From a virus (taxonomy: Duplodnaviria > Heunggongvirae > Uroviricota > Caudoviricetes), in the IMG/VR virus record IMGVR_UViG_3300043399_000596: 13,459 bases of DNA; one strand, 5' to 3'. Both the position numbers and the translations under genes were made by a program. The notes under the pieces were generated by a model that was not told where the DNA came from, did not search any database, and worked only from the letters and a program-made list of their open reading frames with translations. Below are positions 1 to 6,591 of this stretch, one piece after another. Each line of letters begins with the position of its first letter. Position 1 is the stretch's first letter.

Positions 1-1803
1 CAGCGTAACAAAGAGCGTTGGGCAAAGCGTCAGGCTGATATGGTAGGTGATCCTGCTCCACAACATTATCGTGACGAGTTGGCTAAAGATGCCGCAGAGT
101 ATAGAAAAAAGCAAGGTGTGGCGGAAGAACAACTAGATGAAAAGTGCTGGGATACTCACAAGCAAGTTGGAATGAAAAAGAAGGGCGGCAAAATGGTGCC
201 TAACTGTGTTCCAAAAGAAAGTGTCGAAGAACTAGACGAGAATTTACGCAAATGGTTTAAAGAAAAATGGGTACGATTTGGTCCTGATGGCAAGATTCGC
301 GGTGACTGTGCTAGAGGTGATGATAGTGAAGGTAAGCCAAAGTGTTTGCCACAAGCAAAAGCACATGCATTAGGTAAAAAAGGTCGTAAATATGCAGCTA
401 GTAAAAAGCGCCGAGAAGATCCTAATCCAGAACGTAGTGGTAAAGCTATTAATGTTGCTACAAAAAAGAAAACAAATGAAAGTGCAGTCGAAGGAATAGA
501 AAATATGAAAATATTAGATATACAAGAATCCAATTTAGGAACTATGAATGAAGCAGCTAATCTAGCACAACAAGCAGCCATTGCTATCTCAATGAAGAAA
601 AAAGGTCAAAAGCCAAAAAATGAAAATGCAGAATACGATGACGAAGCTGGCATGGCTGAAAACAATCTAGAAACACTAGGCCGTGCAGTCGAGGGTATTG
701 ATGAGTTGATTCAATCAGGTGATAATTTACCTGAATGGTGCCAAGAAAAGATTGCTATTGCTAAATCTATGTTAGTGGCAGTTTGGGATTACATGTACAG
801 TGAGGAATCTAGTGATGAAGTAGATTCCGAAGTTGATGCTATGTTTGAAGCTATGGATATCTTTGTCGAAGAAACGGCTCTTAAAAACAATGTTAGTGTT
901 GACACAGTATGGGAAAGTTTCGAAGCCTTGTCAGATTATGAGTTGTGGAACACTGCACAGCATCAATTGCAACAACTAAACGAAGACTGGCAAAAAGTCA
1001 ACAAGAAAGATAAGACTGATGGCATGAGTCGTAAAGCTGTAAAAGCATACCGTAGAGAGAATCCCGGTTCTAAATTACAAACTGCCGTCACTACAAAGCC
1101 TAGCAAATTAAAGAAAGGCAGTAAGGCAGCAAAGCGCCGCAAATCATTCTGTGCTAGAATGAAGGGTATGAAGAAGGCACACGCAAGTGCCAAGACAAAG
1201 AGAAATCCCGATAGTCCAATCAACAAGGCACTACGCCGTTGGAATTGCGAAAGTGTTGAACAACTAGAAAAATTAGCAATGGTTTTAGAACAACAAGTTT
1301 TAGAAAAGAAACAATCTTTAAAAGAAGCAGAAAAGTATCCGGAACCTGAACAAGAAATAATTGACGTAACTCGTAAAGCTAGACTTGGTCGTGAGAGAGA
1401 AATTGCCGGTGGTGAAAAGATTGACGCACAATTAGCTAAGCAACACGCAGAACGTCAAGAGTATGAGAAGTCTGGTAAATTTTGGGTTAAGACTAAGCAA
1501 AATAATTATTTAGAAGGCCCGTTCACAGGTAAGCAGGCTGCAAATCAAGGAGCACTATCATTGTTAAAACGTGCCCCAGAGTTAAAAGGTAATTTATTAA
1601 TTACTGCTTGGGGACCAGACGAAACTCCTGTTAATGAAGCTGAACTTAGCGAAGAACAATTGTTAGCAAGAGAGTTAAAAAAACAATTAGAAATGTTTAA
1701 GCATGGTAAAGACAACGACTTAAGCAATAAACCAGTTGACCACGAGTTAGGTTCAACCCCGGCTGATAAAGAAGTACAGAAAAAGGGAGATAAAAACAAA
1801 TGA
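1..1803 (+). CDS. 5'-truncated modular virion/internal polyprotein (Lys-rich modules separated by x-x-E linkers; includes an SFCARM-type module)
   Basis: Frame 1 is open from base 1 (QRNKERWAKRQAD precedes the ATG at 40), so the true start is upstream of the window. Modules such as KCW..VPNCVP, WFKEKWVRFGP..KCLP, LPEWCQEKI and RRKSFCARMKGM..ALRRWNC are flanked by LDE/MNE/LNE/VNE. The SFCARM module resembles the phage DUF6321 family from memory; not searched. Confidence 0.8.
   Translation, partial: QRNKERWAKRQADMVGDPAPQHYRDELAKDAAEYRKKQGVAEEQLDEKCWDTHKQVGMKKKGGKMVPNCVPKESVEELDENLRKWFKEKWVRFGPDGKIRGDCARGDDSEGKPKCLPQAKAHALGKKGRKYAASKKRREDPNPERSGKAINVATKKKTNESAVEGIENMKILDIQESNLGTMNEAANLAQQAAIAISMKKKGQKPKNENAEYDDEAGMAENNLETLGRAVEGIDELIQSGDNLPEWCQEKIAIAKSMLVAVWDYMYSEESSDEVDSEVDAMFEAMDIFVEETALKNNVSVDTVWESFEALSDYELWNTAQHQLQQLNEDWQKVNKKDKTDGMSRKAVKAYRRENPGSKLQTAVTTKPSKLKKGSKAAKRRKSFCARMKGMKKAHASAKTKRNPDSPINKALRRWNCESVEQLEKLAMVLEQQVLEKKQSLKEAEKYPEPEQEIIDVTRKARLGREREIAGGEKIDAQLAKQHAERQEYEKSGKFWVKTKQNNYLEGPFTGKQAANQGALSLLKRAPELKGNLLITAWGPDETPVNEAELSEEQLLARELKKQLEMFKHGKDNDLSNKPVDHELGSTPADKEVQKKGDKNK
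110..127 (+). repeat. 18-bp direct repeat copy 1 (AGCAAGGTGTGGCGGAAG, encodes QGVAE)
   Basis: Exact match to 2482-2499, read in the same frame phase in both genes. Confidence 0.9.
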
Positions 1804-1922
1804 AATATACATATAAATTTACTGCGTTATGCAAAAGTGGAGCAGAAAAGTACGTTGAAATTGAAGCAAACAATTTCAGAGAAGCAAGAGCACAACTAGC
1901 ATTGTTTATAGAGAGTAATTAA
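1800..1922 (+). CDS. Small hypothetical protein, 40 aa (MKYTYKFTALCKSGAEKYVEIEANNFREARAQLALFIESN)
   Basis: Not in the ORF track. ATG 1800 overlaps the TGA of the previous ORF (ATGA). TAA at 1920-1922 is 3 nt before the next ATG, so it fills the gap exactly. Confidence 0.75.
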   Translation: MKYTYKFTALCKSGAEKYVEIEANNFREARAQLALFIESN

Positions 1923-1925
1923 TTT

Positions 1926-3566
1926 ATGAAAATTCAGCAGTTATTCGAAGGTGCTTCTCCTAAGTTACCGGGTGCAGTAAAAGGCATCCAAGTTATGTCA
2001 CCTCAACAATTCGTTGCTAAGAGTCAAGAGGGCGAAGAACCTGGCTCGGACCAATCAGTAACAGAAGGCCCGGCTTTCGATAAGTGGGCAGATGATAGAG
2101 CAGCATCGCAACTATACAAACTCAAGAGTTTAAAGAGCTACCAGGTTGTTATCATGAACAACTACTATAGAGGGAAGTATCCTGACTATAGCGGTCGTTA
2201 CTACTATGTATTAGCCAGAAGCCCAGAAGAAGCCAAACAAGTTGTATTAGATAATGCAGATGCTATCCTACAAGATTTGCTTTCTATGAAGGCGCATAAC
2301 GGTAGAAAAATATTACCACGAAACAGTGCTGTTCGTATTACTGCTGACCGTATCGGTGATGTTAGAGACGGCACAGAACATGGTCGCATGAGCACAGCTG
2401 GATTCAAGCGTATGTTTGGTCCAGACGGCGTTATGATGGTTAAGTTAAGCAACGGCGCTGTTGCTGATGTCCAAGGTCAAGAGCAAGGTGTGGCGGAAGC
2501 AACCAAACTTCCTGCACAAACCCGTGAACTAAAGGGTAAAGAGTTAGAAGATTACTTAGACAGAATTCGTACTCAGTCAAAGACAAAAACTGACAAGTAC
2601 AAGATGCCATACATTCACCGTAGTTCTGTAATGGGCTACTACAACGAAGAAGGCAAGAAGTATGATGTTGATGCAATAAAGAATGCGTTAAAAGAAAGAC
2701 CTAAAAAACTTTTAAAGCAAAATGAAAAGATGAAGCACAGCAACGGAGAATTAGAACAGTTCTTTAACATTGGGTTTGCTGCTTTAACTGGCGTTGCATT
2801 AGACGAAAATACAAATGAAATTATTATCGTAAACACTTGTCCAGGTGCCGGAAGTTGTAAAGTCGATTGCTTTGCAATGAAAGGTGGAAAGATTCAATTC
2901 CAAGGTCCTTGGTTAAGTGATGGTAGAATTTTAACATATCTATTGAACGATCCTGAGGGATTTATGAGTCAGTTAAGTTCTGAAATTGCTAAAGAAGAAA
3001 AGAAAGGTGACAAAGGTGGTTACACTGTTACGATTCGTTGGCATGATGCCGGTGACTTCTTTAGCCCTGAGTATGTAGACTTGGCAATGAACTTAGCAAA
3101 AGCACACCCGGGTGTTATGTTCTATGCATATACTAAAATGGCTGATGTTGCTTTAGCAGAAAAGCCAGCTAACTTCATGATTAACTGGAGTGAAGGGGCT
3201 CATACTAGCCAAGAGAAGAAAGTAAAAGCGCAAGATCCTGAATTAGAAAAAACTAAAAACAGTCGAATTGTTCCATCAAGTCTATTCTATGACTTATTAG
3301 TTAAGGACGAAAAGAAAAACTTAGTTAAGGGTCCTGAAGGCCAATGGCAAGTGATACCTGACAAGTTACCTGAACTAAAACAAAGATTAGCTAAAGAGTA
3401 TGGAATTAGTCCAAGTAGTATTCTTAGTTATTCTGAGTGGGACAGCAAAACAAATGGTGGTAAAGTACAAACTCCAGTTAAGTACAATGTTATTATCACC
3501 CCAGGTGAACCTGATATCACTGCCAAGAGTGCAGGAGTACTAAGTACGTTATTATTAAAACACTAA
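1926..3566 (+). CDS. gp88-like protein (CxxxxxCxxxC, IRWHDAGDF, YAYTK) with N-terminal MKIQQLFE tag and an inserted module of about 144 aa
   Basis: Motifs NTCPGAGSCKVDCFAMKG, IRWHDAGDFFS and YAYTK match my recollection of the phage 'gene product 88' family; not searched. Confidence 0.65.
   Translation: MKIQQLFEGASPKLPGAVKGIQVMSPQQFVAKSQEGEEPGSDQSVTEGPAFDKWADDRAASQLYKLKSLKSYQVVIMNNYYRGKYPDYSGRYYYVLARSPEEAKQVVLDNADAILQDLLSMKAHNGRKILPRNSAVRITADRIGDVRDGTEHGRMSTAGFKRMFGPDGVMMVKLSNGAVADVQGQEQGVAEATKLPAQTRELKGKELEDYLDRIRTQSKTKTDKYKMPYIHRSSVMGYYNEEGKKYDVDAIKNALKERPKKLLKQNEKMKHSNGELEQFFNIGFAALTGVALDENTNEIIIVNTCPGAGSCKVDCFAMKGGKIQFQGPWLSDGRILTYLLNDPEGFMSQLSSEIAKEEKKGDKGGYTVTIRWHDAGDFFSPEYVDLAMNLAKAHPGVMFYAYTKMADVALAEKPANFMINWSEGAHTSQEKKVKAQDPELEKTKNSRIVPSSLFYDLLVKDEKKNLVKGPEGQWQVIPDKLPELKQRLAKEYGISPSSILSYSEWDSKTNGGKVQTPVKYNVIITPGEPDITAKSAGVLSTLLLKH
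2482..2499 (+). repeat. 18-bp direct repeat copy 2 (AGCAAGGTGTGGCGGAAG, encodes QGVAE)
   Basis: Exact match to 110-127. Confidence 0.9.
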
Positions 3567-3569
3567 ATA
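3564..3569 (+). promoter_or_regulatory. Putative T4-like late promoter core TAAATA
   Basis: TAAATA overlaps the upstream stop and ends 5 nt before the Dps ATG (3575); no Shine-Dalgarno present. Confidence 0.55.
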
Positions 3570-3574
3570 AAGCT

Positions 3575-4015
3575 ATGTTAACCGATAACTTAAAAATATT
3601 ATTAGCCAGCACTCAGAGTTTTGCAATCAAAAGTCAAAACTTTCACTGGAATGTTGAGGGAAGTAATTTCCCTCAATATCATGCCTTCTTTGATACGTTG
3701 TATGGTGATGTAGCAGACACGATTGATAAGATTGCTGAGTATATCAGAATATTAGGTCACTATACACCAGGTAGCTTATCCCGATACTCAGAATTATCTA
3801 TTATTCAAGACCAAACAAAGATTCCACGTGCTGAGTTGATGTTTGTAGAAACACTACAAGATTGTACAAAGATGATAGAATTAGTTGCCACAATGTTTGA
3901 TGAGGCAACAGCGGATCGTCAACAAGGCATTGCTAATTACATGGCTGAATTGCAAGACTTATATGCAAAGAAAGCATGGTTCATTCGTAGCATTCTTAAC
4001 ACAAGCCGTGAATAA
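3575..4015 (+). CDS. dps: Dps / ferritin-like DNA-protection protein
   Basis: 146 aa with FHWNVEGSNFPQYHAFF and DKIAEYIRILG, the Dps ferroxidase-centre signature (HWNVxG..H; D..AE). Confidence 0.92.
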   Translation: MLTDNLKILLASTQSFAIKSQNFHWNVEGSNFPQYHAFFDTLYGDVADTIDKIAEYIRILGHYTPGSLSRYSELSIIQDQTKIPRAELMFVETLQDCTKMIELVATMFDEATADRQQGIANYMAELQDLYAKKAWFIRSILNTSRE

Positions 4016-4710
4016 TGAGAGCAAACGAATTTATTGCAGTAACTCAATTTAATGAGCAAGTAGTTGCTGAAATGCCATTGCCCGCTGACTGGGATCCTGC
4101 TCAATATGGTCGCGGCACAACATTCAAACAAAGATTAGCATACGCATTAGAAAGAGCAAAGAAACTAGGTACCGGTTCTAGTCGTGTCGCTACTACAATC
4201 GAATATCAGGGTCGTCCTACAGTGTTAAAGATTGCCAAGAATCAAAAAGGTCTGGCACAGAATAGTGTTGAAGCAGATATTCTTAGTGATGGATACGCAA
4301 GTCAGTTAGGTATATTAATTCCTATCATTGATTATGATGAACAGAATCGTGAACCTACTTGGGTTCATACTGAACTAGCACAAAAAGTAAACGAAAAGCA
4401 ACTATGCAACACGATGAAGTGTGAGAGTTTAAACTTTTTAGTAAACGCAGCGCAAGCCATTACAGGTAGAAAAAAGTTTATGGGTCCGTTTCAGGGTTAT
4501 ATTGATAGAATGAGAGAAGCAGGAAAATCAGACCAAGACATTGATACCTTCACTGAATATGCTAATGTGCTAGCAGATTTAAATTCTCAGTTTGATGTGG
4601 AGTTAGGTGATTTTCGCAGACCTGCAAACTGGGGATTATATAACGGCAAGCCTATCATCGTTGATGTTGGCTTCAACAGTAATGTTTTAACTCAGTATTA
4701 TAAAAAATGA
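4015..4710 (+). CDS. Protein kinase-like fold protein with MRANEF N-terminal tag
   Basis: Gly-rich loop LGTGSSRVA, beta3 Lys (VLKIAK), alphaC Glu (QNSVE), catalytic-loop-like GDFRRPANWG and DFG-like IVDVG occur in the correct order. TAATG overlap with dps. Confidence 0.7.
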   Translation: MRANEFIAVTQFNEQVVAEMPLPADWDPAQYGRGTTFKQRLAYALERAKKLGTGSSRVATTIEYQGRPTVLKIAKNQKGLAQNSVEADILSDGYASQLGILIPIIDYDEQNREPTWVHTELAQKVNEKQLCNTMKCESLNFLVNAAQAITGRKKFMGPFQGYIDRMREAGKSDQDIDTFTEYANVLADLNSQFDVELGDFRRPANWGLYNGKPIIVDVGFNSNVLTQYYKK

Positions 4711-5168
4711 GAGCTACCGAATTTTTAGCAGAACTATTCAAGCCAGGTAAAAACTGGGAATGGGCCTTTCGTGGTAGTGAAGAAGCGATGGCTACTTTTA
4801 CCGTAGGTGATGTTGATTATTTGTGGTATGCTTACACATATTTGAAGCACAACCCTACTAAATGGGAAATCATATTCCGTGTCAAGCGTGACGATGACCA
4901 CGAAGGTAAAAAAGACTTGTTCGGTAAAACGGGTACAGGTAATTCAGCAGAAGTTATGTCTACCGTAGTGGATATCACAAGAAACTTCTTAGAAGAATAC
5001 GGTAACAAAGTTTTAGAAATCACATTTTCGTCTAAAGGTGATTCACGCACCGGGTTGTATGCAAAAATGGCCAAGCGTTTATTACCTAACTGGGATATGA
5101 AAACTAGAGAAGGTGTTAATGGAACTGATTTCTTATTAATAAACCCCAAAGCATACGAGATTAAATAA
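4707..5168 (+). CDS. Hypothetical phage protein with MRATEFLAE N-terminal tag
   Basis: 153-aa ORF with ATGA overlap. The C-terminal SRTGLYAKMAKR motif is of a type I recall in large-phage hypotheticals; function unknown. Confidence 0.8.
   Translation: MRATEFLAELFKPGKNWEWAFRGSEEAMATFTVGDVDYLWYAYTYLKHNPTKWEIIFRVKRDDDHEGKKDLFGKTGTGNSAEVMSTVVDITRNFLEEYGNKVLEITFSSKGDSRTGLYAKMAKRLLPNWDMKTREGVNGTDFLLINPKAYEIK
5162..5167 (+). promoter_or_regulatory. Putative late promoter core TAAATA
   Basis: Ends 4 nt before ATG 5172; no Shine-Dalgarno. Confidence 0.55.
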
Positions 5169-5171
5169 CAT

Positions 5172-5246
5172 ATGAATGAATATCCAGTATTTCCAGAACA
5201 AGAAGGTGAGTGGGATAGACCCGTAAATCCTTATAGCCCTGTATGA
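5172..5246 (+). CDS. 24-aa micro-ORF (MNEYPVFPEQEGEWDRPVNPYSPV)
   Basis: Not in the ORF track. Preceded by TAAATA-4nt-ATG; its TGA overlaps the desaturase ATG (ATGA at 5243-5246); fills the intergenic gap exactly. Confidence 0.7.
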   Translation: MNEYPVFPEQEGEWDRPVNPYSPV

Positions 5247-5959
5247 TAGCATTAATTTATACTCTAATAGTAACACACATTACTATCATATGTGTGACTG
5301 TTTTCCTACACAGAGGACAAGCACACAAAGGATTAATTTTCAATCCTATACTAAGTCACTTTATGCGTTTTTGGCTATGGCTAACGACAGGCATGGTTAC
5401 CAAGCAATGGGTAGCCATACACAGAAAACATCACAAAGACTGTGACACTCCAGGAGATCCTCATAGTCCGTTAATTTACGGATTAAAACGTGTATTGTTC
5501 GGTGGTGCATTCTTGTATCACATTGCCAGCAAAGACACAAAAATGATTGAAAACTTCGGAGTGGGGACACCTGATGATTGGATAGAAAAACATGTTTATA
5601 GTAAGCATTCCAGACTAGGTATAGGTTTGATGCTATTGATTAACATAATCTTGTTTGGTCCTATAGGATTATTAATTTGGGGTATTCAAATGATATGGAT
5701 TCCGTTCTGGGCTGCAGGTGTTGTCAATGGAATAGGACATTGGTGGGGCTACCGAAACGGTGTCACCAAAGATAATAGTCGCAATATTAGCCCCCTTGGT
5801 ATCATTATCGGTGGAGAAGAACTCCATAATAATCATCATTTAGACCCTGCAAGTCCTAGGCTAAGCAAGCGCTGGTTTGAACTAGATATGGGTTGGATTT
5901 ATATTCAATTGTTCAAAATTCTTGGACTGTTGAAATTACGAAACACACTACCTTCGTAA
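5243..5959 (+). CDS. Membrane fatty acid (acyl-CoA/acyl-lipid, delta-9 type) desaturase
   Basis: Three His boxes (HRGQAH, HRKHH, HNNHH), hydrophobic transmembrane segments and the C-terminal WFELDMGW motif. Confidence 0.92.
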   Translation: MIALIYTLIVTHITIICVTVFLHRGQAHKGLIFNPILSHFMRFWLWLTTGMVTKQWVAIHRKHHKDCDTPGDPHSPLIYGLKRVLFGGAFLYHIASKDTKMIENFGVGTPDDWIEKHVYSKHSRLGIGLMLLINIILFGPIGLLIWGIQMIWIPFWAAGVVNGIGHWWGYRNGVTKDNSRNISPLGIIIGGEELHNNHHLDPASPRLSKRWFELDMGWIYIQLFKILGLLKLRNTLPS

Positions 5960-5968
5960 GATAGTGTG
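5944..5968 (+). other. Stem-loop CACACTA-(11 nt)-TAGTGTG spanning the desaturase stop codon
   Basis: Perfect 7-bp inverted repeat (5944-5950 / 5962-5968) with an inner CTT/AAG pairing; no U-tract follows. Confidence 0.5.
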
Positions 5969-5974
5969 ACAGGC

Positions 5975-5981
5975 ATAAATA
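5975..5981 (+). promoter_or_regulatory. Putative late promoter core ATAAATA
   Basis: Ends 4 nt before ATG 5986 of the endonuclease. Confidence 0.6.
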
Positions 5982-5985
5982 CTAC

Positions 5986-6591
5986 ATGTATTACATTTAT
6001 GCTTATATTGACCCTAGAAATGGTGCACCGTTTTACGTGGGTAAAGGAAAAAATAATCGCAAATCCGACCACCTCAGGGAGCACTTAGGAAAAACGGATA
6101 ATGCAGATAAAGTAAGGATTATCCAAGAACTTGCAGAACTAGGGTTGTTACCTACAATAGTTGAGTTAGAAAATAATATAGCTGATGAAAACTTAGCGTA
6201 CAACCGAGAAACATATTTTATACTGAAATACGGTAGAATGGGATTTGAAGAAGGTGGAATTCTAACTAACAAGGCACTGCATGGTCATCCACCTAAGCCT
6301 ATATGGGATAATGCTCGGAAAAAGCAACACAGCGAATGGAATAAAAAATACTGGACACCCGAACGAATTAAAGAACACAAAGAAAAGAATTTAGTCCCCC
6401 TGACGGAAATCGGCAGAAACAAAATTAGAGATAGCAGTTTAGGTACAGTTTCTGTAGTAGATATAAATGGTAATGGCATGCGAATATCAAAAGAAGTGTA
6501 CGCTGAGGTGGATAGGTCTGGTCCGATAAATACACATATGTATGTTTCAGTTTCATCATCGGAAGCTAAACGTAGAAGAAACACACCTTAG
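5986..6591 (+). CDS. GIY-YIG (LEM-3/Seg-like) free-standing putative homing endonuclease
   Basis: N-terminal YYIYAYIDPRNGAPFYVGKGKNNR (GIY-YIG hairpin plus conserved Arg), downstream catalytic Glu (AYNRE) and LTN motif; basic C-terminal DNA-binding tail. Confidence 0.85.
   Translation: MYYIYAYIDPRNGAPFYVGKGKNNRKSDHLREHLGKTDNADKVRIIQELAELGLLPTIVELENNIADENLAYNRETYFILKYGRMGFEEGGILTNKALHGHPPKPIWDNARKKQHSEWNKKYWTPERIKEHKEKNLVPLTEIGRNKIRDSSLGTVSVVDINGNGMRISKEVYAEVDRSGPINTHMYVSVSSSEAKRRRNTP
6526..6532 (+). promoter_or_regulatory. Putative internal late promoter ATAAATA within the endonuclease 3' end
   Basis: ATAAATA-CACAT-ATG has the same geometry as the gene-start boxes and lies about 50 nt upstream of the structured element. 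Confidence 0.35.

Noticed and set aside
482-692. 10-bp repeat GTGCAGTCGA (482-491, 683-692)
   Set aside because: Short, explained by a repeated AVE peptide, and plausible by chance.
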